Positions 55,365 through 64,000 of a stretch of 64,000 bases of DNA are shown piece after piece (position 1 is the first letter of the stretch; each line of letters opens with the position of its first letter). The notes under the pieces were generated by a model that was not told the origin of the DNA, ran no database searches, and saw only the letters and a program-made list of their open reading frames with translations. The stretch is from the NCBI GenBank assembly GCA_031262695.1, contig JAISHF010000004.1, positions 107,993 to 171,992 on the forward strand, in the 5' to 3' direction. The stretch comes from Candidatus Nomurabacteria bacterium. GTDB lineage: Bacteria > Patescibacteriota > Saccharimonadia > Saccharimonadales > Saccharimonadaceae. Both the position numbers and the translations under genes were made by a program.

Positions 55365-56621
55365 CTAGAAATTTTTGATGACATCGGTATAGATAGCGAT
55401 AAGGCGGGCGAGAGTGTGGCGCAGGTCGTGGTTTTTGGCGATTTTGAGGGAATATTTGGACATTTTGCGGGCGAGTTTAGGGTTATTAAGGATGATAGCG
55501 AGGGCGTCAGCGGTAGCGGTGGGGTCGTCGGGTGGCACGAGGAAGCCGTTTTGCTGGTTTTGCACAAGTTCGGGCAGGGCGCCGGCTTGGACGGCGACGG
55601 CGGGCAGACCAGAGGCGAGGGCTTCAATGAGGACGATGCTTTGGGTCTCGGTGGTGCTGGTAATGACAAAAACATTGGCAGTGCGGTAGACTTTGGGCAG
55701 GTCTAGCCCAAGGATTTTGCCGGTAAATTGCACGGAGTCGCTAATTTTGAGGCGGTGGGCGAGTTTTTCAAGGTTGGACTTGTCGTTGCCGTCGCCGACA
55801 ATGACAAAATGGGCGTTTGGGATTTTGGTGAGCAACTTAGCGAAGGCGCGGATGGCGACGGAGAGCGATTTTTCGGCGTCTAGGCGGCCGACATAAAGCA
55901 CGATTGGCTTGTTGGTTGGGATTTGGTATTTTTTATAGATAGATTTGGGCGCAGGAGCGGGGTGAAAGCGGCTTAAATCTACGCCGTTAGAGAGTGGCTC
56001 AATCGGTTTTGGCGGTTCACGAAAAAGCCGTTTTTTGGGGGCGAGATCGCGGACGGCGAGTTCGGTTGGCATAGTGGCGTATTCGGCACGGGTTAAAAAG
56101 GAGGTGTAGAATTTGCGAACGACGGCGTTTAGGGGGCGTTTGGCGACGCCGACAAATTTGAGTTGGGCGGTGAGGTTCTCTGGGTAGGAGTGGCCAGTGG
56201 CAACAATCGGGATATGGCGTTTTTTGGCGTAGCGATAGACGGAGAGGGCGATTGGGCCGGGGGTTTGGTTGTGGATGATGTCGGGGTGGAAGGCGTCAAG
56301 GAACTTTTGGATGTCGTTATAGGGGTAAAAACTGACATGGATGCCGTTTTTATAGGCGATTTGGGGGATTTTGTGGCCAAAAATCGTGCGGGCTTCGGGG
56401 ATTTGCTCAATCTGGTCGGGGTAGAATGGTACGCGAATTGAGGGTAGGCGAACAACGCGAAATTGCTTATCGTTTTCAATTACGAAGTCGCCAGTGATGC
56501 TTGGGGCGAGAACGACGACATTGTGGCCCAGTTTGGCGAGGCCATGGGCGAGGTTAAAAGAAAAAGCGGCAACGCCGTCAATCATAGGGTAATAGAGGTC
56601 GCTAGAAATCACGATATTCAT
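55365..56621 (-). CDS. GT4-family glycosyltransferase
   Basis: N-terminal MIDGVAAFSFNLAHGL (GT4 N-domain). C-terminal EALASGLPAVA with E-x7-E context. Start taken at ATG 56621 (MNIVISS), since the track start is a TTG. Confidence 0.8.
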   Translation of the reverse strand: MNIVISSDLYYPMIDGVAAFSFNLAHGLAKLGHNVVVLAPSITGDFVIENDKQFRVVRLPSIRVPFYPDQIEQIPEARTIFGHKIPQIAYKNGIHVSFYPYNDIQKFLDAFHPDIIHNQTPGPIALSVYRYAKKRHIPIVATGHSYPENLTAQLKFVGVAKRPLNAVVRKFYTSFLTRAEYATMPTELAVRDLAPKKRLFREPPKPIEPLSNGVDLSRFHPAPAPKSIYKKYQIPTNKPIVLYVGRLDAEKSLSVAIRAFAKLLTKIPNAHFVIVGDGNDKSNLEKLAHRLKISDSVQFTGKILGLDLPKVYRTANVFVITSTTETQSIVLIEALASGLPAVAVQAGALPELVQNQQNGFLVPPDDPTATADALAIILNNPKLARKMSKYSLKIAKNHDLRHTLARLIAIYTDVIKNF

Positions 56622-56675
56622 AATATAAGTATAGCACAAAGAACTCGCAAACCGCTAGGGGGTGCCAGTATCTCC

Positions 56676-56704
56676 ATTATATCACACTTATGCTTAAAAG
56701 TCAA
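56676..56704 (-). promoter_or_regulatory. promoter cassette copy 3 (upstream of the glycosyltransferase/sbcB unit)
   Basis: Minus strand reads TTGACT-TTTAAGCATAAGTGTGA-TATAAT. Confidence 0.55.
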
Positions 56705-56708
56705 GAGT

Positions 56709-58112
56709 TTAGTGTAAATAGGCGTTAAGAATAGCAGTGAGGTCGCGGGCGGGTTTGACAAATTGGTTTTTGATGGTGTAGGGGGCGATGGCGGCGGTAA
56801 AGCCGAGTTTTTTTGCCTCGTTAATGCGTTTTTCGGGGGTGGAAACTGAGCGGATTTCGCCACCTAAGCCGACTTCGCCAAAGACGACGAGGTCGTCTGC
56901 GAGTTTGCGGCTGGCGGCAGCACTGGCGATTGCCATACAGACGGCAAGGTCGGCGGCGGCGTCGGTAAGGCGGATGCCGCCGACGACGTTGACAAAAATA
57001 TCTTTGTCGGACAAGGTGAGCTTGGTGCGTTGCTCTAAAACGGCGATTAACAGATTGAGGCGGTTTAAGTCAAAACCGCTGGCAGTGCGCTTGGGGTAGC
57101 CGAAACTACTTTTGCTGACGAGGGCTTGGATTTCTACAAGGAGCGGGCGGGTGCCGTCAATCGCGGCAAAAATAATTGAGCCGTCTACGTTTTGGCGTTC
57201 GGCAAGCAGGGCGGCGGAAGGGTTTTTGACCTCGCTCAAGCCTTTGTCGTGCATCTCAAAAATGGCGAGTTCAGAGGTGGCGCCAAAGCGGTTTTTGCTG
57301 GCGCGGATGGTTTTGAAACCGCCATAGCGGTCGCCCTCAAAATTAAGCACAACATCAACCATATGCTCTAAGGTCTTTGGACCAGCGAGGTTGCCGTCTT
57401 TGGTGACGTGGCCGACGAGCATAAGGGCGGTGCCAGTGGCTTTGGCGGCACGGATGAGGAGGTTGCCAGAGTTGGCAACTTGGGCGACGCCACCGGGGGC
57501 GCCAGCGATTTCGGCGACAGCGAGAGTCTGGACGGAATCTACGATGATAAATTTGTATTTGTTGGCGAGAATAGTTTGTGAGATGTCGTTGGTAGAAGTG
57601 CTGCTGGCGAAATCGAGGGTGAGGGGTGGCTGGGTGGCTTGTGAGTTGGCGGACATGGTGGCGTGAGTGGTCTTTGGCGTTTTGCCAGCAAGCCGCAAGG
57701 CGCGGGCGCGGACCTGCGGGGCGGATTCTTCGCCCGAAATGTATAAAACAGGGACATGTCGCGCGATAATCGTGGCGATTTGCATCAAAAGCGTAGACTT
57801 GCCGATGCCGGGCTGCCCAGTGAGTAGCGAAACGCTACCTGATAAGATGCCGCCGCCGAGGACGAGGTCAAGATCGGGAAAGCCAGTGGAGAGGCGGGCG
57901 GCTTCGGCGTCGTCGGTGGCCGTAGCATAGATATTTTCGGCGTGCAGGGTTTTGCCGGTTTTTTCAGCCAAACTTACGGTGTTTTTGACTTCCGGGGCGC
58001 CGGCTTGCTCCAAGAGAGTCTCCCACTCGCCACAAGAGGAGCATTGCCCAAGCCATTTCGGGAAAGTGGCGCCACAATTAGAGCAAACGAATAGGCGGCG
58101 GATTTTGCTCAT
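56709..58112 (-). CDS. radA: DNA repair protein RadA/Sms
   Basis: Zinc ribbon CSNCGATFPKWLGQCSSCGEW, Walker A GQPGIGKSTL, KNRFG motif, and a Lon-like C-terminal domain. Confidence 0.93.
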   Translation of the reverse strand: MSKIRRLFVCSNCGATFPKWLGQCSSCGEWETLLEQAGAPEVKNTVSLAEKTGKTLHAENIYATATDDAEAARLSTGFPDLDLVLGGGILSGSVSLLTGQPGIGKSTLLMQIATIIARHVPVLYISGEESAPQVRARALRLAGKTPKTTHATMSANSQATQPPLTLDFASSTSTNDISQTILANKYKFIIVDSVQTLAVAEIAGAPGGVAQVANSGNLLIRAAKATGTALMLVGHVTKDGNLAGPKTLEHMVDVVLNFEGDRYGGFKTIRASKNRFGATSELAIFEMHDKGLSEVKNPSAALLAERQNVDGSIIFAAIDGTRPLLVEIQALVSKSSFGYPKRTASGFDLNRLNLLIAVLEQRTKLTLSDKDIFVNVVGGIRLTDAAADLAVCMAIASAAASRKLADDLVVFGEVGLGGEIRSVSTPEKRINEAKKLGFTAAIAPYTIKNQFVKPARDLTAILNAYLH

Positions 58113-58999
58113 ACAATTACCGTCGGCACCTTGATTTGGGGGTGAGATTCGTAATTTTGCAACTCAAAATCGTCAATTTTGAAGTCGTCAATGGTTTTTT
58201 GGTTGCCGTTGATGACGAGCTTAGGGAATTTGTAGGGTTTATGCGTTAGTTGTTCACGGGCAGCGGCTAGTTGGTTGTCATAAAGGTGGGCATCAGAGAT
58301 AGAAATGACCAGTTCGCGGGCTTCTAGGCCGGTGATTTTGGCGACCATCATTAAAAGCGCGGCATATTGGCAGATGTTGAAGGGTAGTCCTAAGAAGACA
58401 TCACTAGAACGCTGAAAGAGGTGGAGGTAGAGTTTGCCTTTGATGACATCAAACTGAAAGAGGGTGTGGCAGGGCGGCAAGCGCATTTCGTCCAACTCGC
58501 CAGCATTCCAGCCGCTGACGATAATCGCCTTGCTATCTGGATTGTGCTTGATTTGCTCAATCGCCCACGCTAATTGGTCGATTTCGGTAGCCGAACCTTG
58601 GTGTGGGCAAGGTTTGCGCCAATGACGCCACTGAACGCCATAAATGCGGCCGAGTGTGCCCTCGCTAACAGAGGTGGGGTCCTCAAAACCGTCCCAGATA
58701 TTGACCTTGTGGTCTTGGAGATATTTGGGCGTAGTGCAATCGCCAGAGATAAACCAGAGCATTTCGTGGAGCGGCCATTTGAAAGGAGTTTTTTTGGTGG
58801 TAAGGAGCGGGAAACCATAGCGGAGGTCAAAACTGAGTTGAGCGCCAAAAACGCTCTTGAGGTTGGCGATGCCGCGGGATTTTTTGCTTTTGCCATCTTT
58901 GAGAATGCGTGCGAGTAGCCGTAAATATTGGTACTCAGGATGGATTTTTACGGCTGACGCCGAGTTGGGCTTCGCCCGATTAGGCTGGCTCTTACTCAT
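58109..58999 (-). CDS. thyA: thymidylate synthase (ThyA type)
   Basis: LPPCHTLFQF and FQRSSDVFLGLPFNICQYAALL match ThyA. Confidence 0.93.
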   Translation of the reverse strand: MSKSQPNRAKPNSASAVKIHPEYQYLRLLARILKDGKSKKSRGIANLKSVFGAQLSFDLRYGFPLLTTKKTPFKWPLHEMLWFISGDCTTPKYLQDHKVNIWDGFEDPTSVSEGTLGRIYGVQWRHWRKPCPHQGSATEIDQLAWAIEQIKHNPDSKAIIVSGWNAGELDEMRLPPCHTLFQFDVIKGKLYLHLFQRSSDVFLGLPFNICQYAALLMMVAKITGLEARELVISISDAHLYDNQLAAAREQLTHKPYKFPKLVINGNQKTIDDFKIDDFELQNYESHPQIKVPTVIV

Positions 59000-59442
59000 T
59001 TGCTCTCCTTTATCTTAACTATTTTTATATCATTTTCTTGTAGTAGTTGCAAGCCGGCCTTGTCCCACCAGTCGTAGAGGTAATATAATTCTTTGACGCC
59101 AGTTTGGGCGATTGCTTTGGCGCAGTTGATACAGGGCGACATGGTGAGGAGAATGATGGCGTCAGTGAGGTTAATTTGGTTGGTTTTGGCGGCTTGGATG
59201 GTGGCGACTTCGGCGTGAATGACCTCTGGGCGGGTGATGAGTTTGCGGAGCTTTTCGCCGTTCTCGGTAATTTCAATCTCGTCTTCCATCGGGCCGCCAG
59301 TCGGGTTATGGTTGACACCGCTACTAATAATCGCGCCGTTTTTAATGATAAAGCAAGCGACGCCGCCGAGTTTGGCGGGCACGGATTTGGCCATTTTTTT
59401 GAGTGGGGCGATAAAATCTTTAATTTCCATACTTTTTTTCAT
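58996..59442 (-). CDS. dCMP/CMP deaminase
   Basis: HAEV...PCINCAKAI is the zinc-binding cytidine/deoxycytidylate deaminase motif. Confidence 0.85.
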   Translation of the reverse strand: MKKSMEIKDFIAPLKKMAKSVPAKLGGVACFIIKNGAIISSGVNHNPTGGPMEDEIEITENGEKLRKLITRPEVIHAEVATIQAAKTNQINLTDAIILLTMSPCINCAKAIAQTGVKELYYLYDWWDKAGLQLLQENDIKIVKIKESK

Positions 59443-59938
59443 ACCTTTTGGCGAGTTTTGTCAAATCTTCGCCCAGAGCTTGGTATTTTTGGGCGTTTTG
59501 TAGAGGGGTGAACTTCATCTGGCGATAGTTCCAAACTGAGAGGTCGGGAGCGTCAAACGGCACGCAATGATAATGGATATGCTCAACGGAACTCTGTGAG
59601 GAGGTGCCGTTTTTTTGGATAAACTGCACGCCTTTAATGCCCCAGACCTTGCGGATGATTTTTTGGGCGATATACATTAGTTCGCGGACGGCCTCCCATT
59701 CCTCGGGGGTAAATTCTTTGACGCTCCGCAAATGGCGGCGTGGCACGATTAACATATGGCCATCTATATAAGCAAACAGGGAAATTGTCAAGACGACATC
59801 GGATTTTTCGTAGATGATATAGCGGTCGCGGAGGTCGCAAAAACAACATTTGCCGACGGTCTGCCAGATTTGGTCGTATTTGCCAGTAATCCGAGCGTCG
59901 CGGTAGGTGATTTGCTTTTTGCTTAGGGGGTCGTCCAT
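59420..59938 (-). CDS. HIT (histidine triad) family nucleotide hydrolase/transferase
   Basis: Histidine triad VEHIHYHCVPF. Confidence 0.75.
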   Translation of the reverse strand: MDDPLSKKQITYRDARITGKYDQIWQTVGKCCFCDLRDRYIIYEKSDVVLTISLFAYIDGHMLIVPRRHLRSVKEFTPEEWEAVRELMYIAQKIIRKVWGIKGVQFIQKNGTSSQSSVEHIHYHCVPFDAPDLSVWNYRQMKFTPLQNAQKYQALGEDLTKLAKRYEKKYGN

Positions 59939-59939
59939 A

Positions 59940-60509
59940 TTATTCCTTTAACGGGTCCTTGCGGTATTGCATAAAGTCTTTGAGCGTATCCGATAAGCCG
60001 CCGCCGATGGCGCGGGCGAGGATTTTGGAGGTGGAGATGTTGGTGCTTTGGCGGTCTACGACGACGGTTTTGCCGCCGGATTTTTCAACAATGCGGTTCT
60101 CAACCGAGTTTTGCCAGTCGGCGGCCCAATCTTCTTTGACGGTGAAATAGACGTCTGGCTTGAGTAGCCCAAGGCTGGGTGCGCAAGATGGCTCAGGGAC
60201 AATCGTCACAAAATCAACGCAACGCAGGGCGGCAACGACTTCGGCACGGACCTTTTCGCCTAGGATTGGCTTGTTTGGGCCTTTGACCTTAGAAATCGCC
60301 CTGTCGCCGACCACGCCGACGACTAAAACATCACCGAGTTTTTTGCCTTCTTCAAGGTAGCGAGTTTGCCCGACGTGCATTAAATCCCACGACCCCGCCG
60401 TAAAAACCACGCTTTTGCCCGCCGCTCGCAACTTGTCGCCGAGTTCCAAGAGATCACTCTGGGAAATTAGGCGTTTCTTAAAACTGCTTGGCATCGCCGC
60501 AGCACTCAT
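59940..60509 (-). CDS. cytidylyltransferase-like nucleotidyltransferase (RfaE domain II/TagD-like)
   Basis: VVFTAGSWDLMHVGQTRYLEEGKKLGDVLVVGVVGD resembles FTNGCFDxxHxGH...LGDxLxVGxNSD. Confidence 0.65.
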   Translation of the reverse strand: MSAAAMPSSFKKRLISQSDLLELGDKLRAAGKSVVFTAGSWDLMHVGQTRYLEEGKKLGDVLVVGVVGDRAISKVKGPNKPILGEKVRAEVVAALRCVDFVTIVPEPSCAPSLGLLKPDVYFTVKEDWAADWQNSVENRIVEKSGGKTVVVDRQSTNISTSKILARAIGGGLSDTLKDFMQYRKDPLKE

Positions 60510-61570
60510 ATATCCTCCAATATTTTTCTACTTACTAGTATATCACGAGTGCGGCAAAAATGATAGTTATTTTCTAAACTTTCATACGGATTATGGGCTA
60601 AAAACTTATAAAAATCAAAAATCAAGAAGAAATTGGTTAGCTGAGCAAAGATTTTTGCAGGGAAAACGCAAGAATAGCCCTTGCAGAGGAAGTATTTGCG
60701 AATTTGGCCAGGGGCTTTGGGGCAATCCACGAGCAAAAAAGCATAGGTGCGAGCAAGGTCTATCAGGGGTGAGCCGAGGGCAGATTTTTCAAAGTCAATG
60801 ATGCCCGATATGCGAGGTGAGCAGGGGTCATCACAGGCACGAACACAGGGCGCTTGGCTGCCGTCCCAGAGGATATTGCCGCGAACAAAATCAAGGTGGA
60901 GGGGCTGCCGGGGGAGGTTCTGTAAGGTGTCGGAGGCGAGAAAACTGGCGATTTTGGCGTGATTTTGGCGAGTTTTGAGGTGCAATTTGCGTTTTAAGGC
61001 GTTTTTAACCCCTTCTCGTGCAAAATAGGCCTGCATCTGGGTGTTATGGCTTACTAATTCTTGAAGGGCATCTGGTAGGCTAGGTGTGCTAGGTGGCGTC
61101 TGCCCGCCTAGCGCTACGTGCAACTCAGCAAGTGATTTGCCAAGTGCTTTGAGGTGTTTTCTAGTGTAGGCTTCCCAAGGAATCGTGTCGCCGTCTAGCC
61201 AAAAATAGAGCCGCGCAAAGCGGGTTTGGCCGTTTGAGGCGATTTTAAGGGTCTTAGGGCTTGCAAGGGTGCGAACTGGCATACCAGCAAGGTGGGCGAT
61301 TTCGGCAACCTTGTCAGCGTTTTTGATGCGTTTTAGCACATCTGGCTCGTTTTTTAACAGTAGTAGGTTGTATCTGGCATCGCCGGCCAAAACGCCAAAA
61401 CTGTGGTTGCGATAGCCGTGGTTATAGGCAAAAATACAGGGGCGAGCCAACCCAAAAGCCTGCGCCAGCCGCAAAACATTAGCATCAGAAATCGGCGGAT
61501 TCTGAGGAGCGACGGCATTAATGGCGTAGCCTTCGCACATATTATGGCGTTTAGAAAAATCTCCCTGCAT
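60506..61570 (-). CDS. APH/choline-kinase-fold phosphotransferase
   Basis: LHLDFVRGNILWD (HxDxxxxN catalytic loop) and IIDFEKSALGSPLIDLA (DFE metal-binding). Confidence 0.7.
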   Translation of the reverse strand: MQGDFSKRHNMCEGYAINAVAPQNPPISDANVLRLAQAFGLARPCIFAYNHGYRNHSFGVLAGDARYNLLLLKNEPDVLKRIKNADKVAEIAHLAGMPVRTLASPKTLKIASNGQTRFARLYFWLDGDTIPWEAYTRKHLKALGKSLAELHVALGGQTPPSTPSLPDALQELVSHNTQMQAYFAREGVKNALKRKLHLKTRQNHAKIASFLASDTLQNLPRQPLHLDFVRGNILWDGSQAPCVRACDDPCSPRISGIIDFEKSALGSPLIDLARTYAFLLVDCPKAPGQIRKYFLCKGYSCVFPAKIFAQLTNFFLIFDFYKFLAHNPYESLENNYHFCRTRDILVSRKILEDI

Positions 61571-61708
61571 ATAGATTATTTTAGCACGTTTTGACTCGGT
61601 TATGGAATATTTTGCGGTTTGCGAGCGTGGCAGGGCGGCTCGGTGGCGACGATTATGATAATATTAAGGTATAATTATTGCTAATGTATATAAAATAGCA
61701 TAAAAGTA

Positions 61709-61737
61709 TTGACTTTTGGTGTTTAGTGTGATATAAT
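61709..61737 (+). promoter_or_regulatory. promoter (variant of the cassette) driving the long leader
   Basis: TTGACT-TTTGGTGTTTAGTGTGA-TATAAT. Confidence 0.55.
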
Positions 61738-61743
61738 GTAATC

Positions 61744-62074
61744 AGCATCCGAATGGGCGGGAGGCCTAGGGCGGGTGTGCGCACTAACAAGTTAGATTTT
61801 TACACATTGAGGCGTTGAACGCGCCGAAAAAATTATTGGCTTTGCAAAATAACCGCTGAGAGGCGGGATTTTGGCAATTTAGAATGAGCCGCGGCGGGGT
61901 GGTTTGTTTAGATAGTTTTTTCGGTGCGTTTAGACGCATCAAAACCCGATGGTAGCCTGAAGTGTTGGCGCCACGGGTTGTGGCACCAGATTTATTTTGT
62001 GCCACGTGTCGGGGCAAATAAATTATATTTAGTTGCCCCGAGAACGGGGCGGCGGAAAAAGGAGGATTCTTTTT
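61744..62074 (+). other. ORF-free, highly structured 5' leader or ncRNA candidate of about 330 nt
   Basis: No credible + strand ORF. Multiple hairpins include overlapping alternatives: GCCAC/GTGGC versus GTGGCAC/GTGCCAC, and CGGGGCAA/TTGCCCCG versus GCCCCG/CGGGGC. Ends at AAAAAGGAGG-N8-ATG. Confidence 0.45.
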
Positions 62075-64000
62075 ATGTCAAGTAAGAAGAAAATCACCAT
62101 TGCCGCTCTGGTAGGAGCGGTGTTAATTGCGCTGTTAGTTGGTGGCATTATTGCCCTTACGACAGCCAAGATTCCGGATGATCCGGAGGCAGCACGCGCA
62201 TTCTTTTTTGCCTTGACCAATGGAACGTTAACCAGTGAAGATTTGGCTAACGAAAAGGATAGCCGGGATTATACCCCGACGAGAATGACGCAGATTGTAG
62301 GCGAAAATCTCTATGCGGCAAGCCAAAAGCAAACCGCGCGGGACATTTATAAGCTTGCAAAAGAAGAAGGAGCCCGTTTCGGGTTCCGCAAACCGACGGA
62401 CACTAATTATGGGCTGAACGCATTTTATGCGGAGCATGCCTTCTTCATCACTATGGAGGAAGAAGTTGTGAGCAAGTCGTTCACAGAACAGTCTTATCCA
62501 GTGATGGTTTCTGACGGCATAATTTATGTCGCGGAAAAGGGCGTGCTTTATAAGTTGGCGGTTAGCCAGCCGGATGCGTTTATAGCCGAGATGATTAGCG
62601 ACTATGTTGACTACGACAAAGACGTTAGAGCTAAGGTTATTCCTGCTCGCAGGAGCAGCATCACGGCGGACGACACGATGGAAGCGTTTATTGGCCTAAA
62701 TTTATGGGGCAAGAAATCCGTTTGGAATTTCTTGACCAACGGTTTAGGGAACTGGACGCCGAAAACGAGCGACGCTGAATGCCAAGAAAATGCAGTGATT
62801 GTTGCTTATGACAACCCGCCTTGGAATGTTGACGGCATTTGGTATGTTGGCAACAAGGAATTTGGCAAGGTTAATGAAGGGGCCGAGATGATAAATTTCT
62901 GGTTCCCTGAATTGCCGATGAGCGAGACACTACAGTTGTCTGACAGGATTTTGCTCGGGTCGCCGGAATATTTAAGGCGGCAAGGCATAATGCTGTTTCC
63001 GAAGTTGAGTGATGCTGTTAAGGCTAACCTCGGTGGCGGTGATGGCAACGGTACAACGACAAGAGCAACAACACCGTATAACCCGAATCCGAATCCGAAC
63101 CCGACGACAACCACACCGGCACCGACACCGGCACCGACAACGACAACGACGCCGAAACCGGCAGTGACGACGGCTCCGACAACGACTACGCCGAAGGCAA
63201 CGACGACCACAGCCGTAACCACGGCACCGAAAAAGACGATTTCGTCAATCTCGGTGACGCCGGCAAGCTGGGAATTGGAGCAGGGCGAGAGTATGTTGTT
63301 TGAGGCGATTGCTTATTACAATGACGGCACGCGTGAGGACGTGACTTATGCGGCGACTTGGAAGACCAATGTCGGTGCTAATTACGGCGTAAGTATGAGC
63401 GGCAACATTTTGATGGCTGCTGATAATGCGACACCGATGAGTGATGTTGCGGTTTGGGCAGAATGGGACGGCAAGCGTTCTAATTATGCGATGGGTGACA
63501 TTATCGGAGTGGAAGAAGAGGATTTAATCACTCTAAACCCAACTCTGGTAAATATCAGCTATACCGGTGGCTCGGCGACATTTATTCTTGACGCAACGCA
63601 GCCTTGGGCGGTTTCAGACTGGCACGGCGGCTTTGCGGGGACGCTTTCACATCTGCAAGGGGCGGCTGGGCAGCATCGTTTGACGGTGACATTGCCGGCC
63701 AACGACCGTGCAGTGGTGCGGACTTGGTTTATTACCTTTAAGACGTCAGGCGGAGCAACAGCGACACTGACAGTCAGCCAAGGTTTGAACCCGGGCGGCA
63801 CGCCGTCGCAGATTGATCCGGCAGACCCGATTCCGGGCGGCACATTCCAACCTGAATATGGCTATGACGGCAATAATGACGGAACGCCTGACCCGATAAA
63901 CAACCCTGACCCGGGCACGCCGTCTTACCACACTGACCATCCGGAACATAATCCGAATGACCCGGCGAATCCGGGGCAGACGGTAATTCCGGATTCCGTT
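62075..64000 (+). CDS. large membrane-anchored surface protein (partial; continues past the window)
   Basis: My translation from ATG 62075 stays open to the window end, so it is absent from the track. N-terminal TM ITIAALVGAVLIALLVGGIIAL. Thr/Pro linker NPNPNPNPTTTTPAPTPAPTTTTTPKP.... A Big_2-like segment (ISVTPASWELEQGESMLFEAIAYYNDGTREDVT). A BACON-like segment (ISYTGGSATFILDATQPWAVSDW...RTWFITFKTSGGATATLTVSQ). Confidence 0.7.
   Translation, partial: MSSKKKITIAALVGAVLIALLVGGIIALTTAKIPDDPEAARAFFFALTNGTLTSEDLANEKDSRDYTPTRMTQIVGENLYAASQKQTARDIYKLAKEEGARFGFRKPTDTNYGLNAFYAEHAFFITMEEEVVSKSFTEQSYPVMVSDGIIYVAEKGVLYKLAVSQPDAFIAEMISDYVDYDKDVRAKVIPARRSSITADDTMEAFIGLNLWGKKSVWNFLTNGLGNWTPKTSDAECQENAVIVAYDNPPWNVDGIWYVGNKEFGKVNEGAEMINFWFPELPMSETLQLSDRILLGSPEYLRRQGIMLFPKLSDAVKANLGGGDGNGTTTRATTPYNPNPNPNPTTTTPAPTPAPTTTTTPKPAVTTAPTTTTPKATTTTAVTTAPKKTISSISVTPASWELEQGESMLFEAIAYYNDGTREDVTYAATWKTNVGANYGVSMSGNILMAADNATPMSDVAVWAEWDGKRSNYAMGDIIGVEEEDLITLNPTLVNISYTGGSATFILDATQPWAVSDWHGGFAGTLSHLQGAAGQHRLTVTLPANDRAVVRTWFITFKTSGGATATLTVSQGLNPGGTPSQIDPADPIPGGTFQPEYGYDGNNDGTPDPINNPDPGTPSYHTDHPEHNPNDPANPGQTVIPDSV

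Noticed and set aside
62806-63222. A 138-aa minus-strand ORF rich in Val/Gly
   Set aside because: It is the antisense reading of the Thr/Pro-rich linker of the large + strand surface protein.

Overview
This 64-kb chromosomal window looks like a small, streamlined genome of the Candidate Phyla Radiation (CPR/Patescibacteria), probably Saccharibacteria (TM7)-like. That placement is inference: the ribosomal-protein operon lacks L30, housekeeping genes are tightly packed, and TGATATAAT-type promoters recur. I had no database access to confirm it.

I call about 75 protein genes and 5 tRNAs (Ser-GGA, Val-GAC, Asn-GTT, Lys-TTT, Gln-TTG), all with encoded CCA. I found no rRNA, CRISPR array, transposase or integrase.

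Core content:
- Translation: rplS; an 18-gene r-protein operon rplC to rplO (35.6-44.3 kb); a displaced rpsJ; fusA; prfB; smpB; rnj.
- Proteases and chaperones: pepN, an M16 peptidase, grpE, a DnaJ-like protein.
- DNA repair and division: xth, uvrB, radA, sbcB, a UvrD-like helicase-nuclease, ftsK.
- Metabolism: thyA and a dCMP deaminase operon, glgP, galU.
- Envelope: a CHAP hydrolase and several surface proteins.

Most interesting region: a 6.7-kb accessory island between rnj and prfB (10.5-17.2 kb).
- It carries four translationally coupled genes: a methyltransferase-like protein with no canonical catalytic motif IV, an NPPY N6-adenine methyltransferase, an AT-rich small ORF, and a T5orf172(GIY-YIG-like)-SF2 helicase fusion.
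- The first gene holds a perfect 36-bp tetranucleotide tract, (AAGC)9, just after its start codon. Both shifted frames hit a stop within 16 nt, which is the classic signature of a phase-variable switch.
- A Fic/Doc-like gene with a Gln in place of the catalytic His follows, flanked by 30-bp-phased direct repeats.

Other points:
- A VbhA/Fic-type toxin-antitoxin pair whose toxin is cut by one in-frame TAG.
- Pervasive leaderless gene starts, with an extended -10 element exactly 6-8 nt before the ATG.
- A near-identical 29-bp promoter cassette in three copies, one of them orphan.
- L29 missing between L16 and S17.
- A degenerate MurD-like protein.
- A 330-nt structured leader upstream of a large surface protein.
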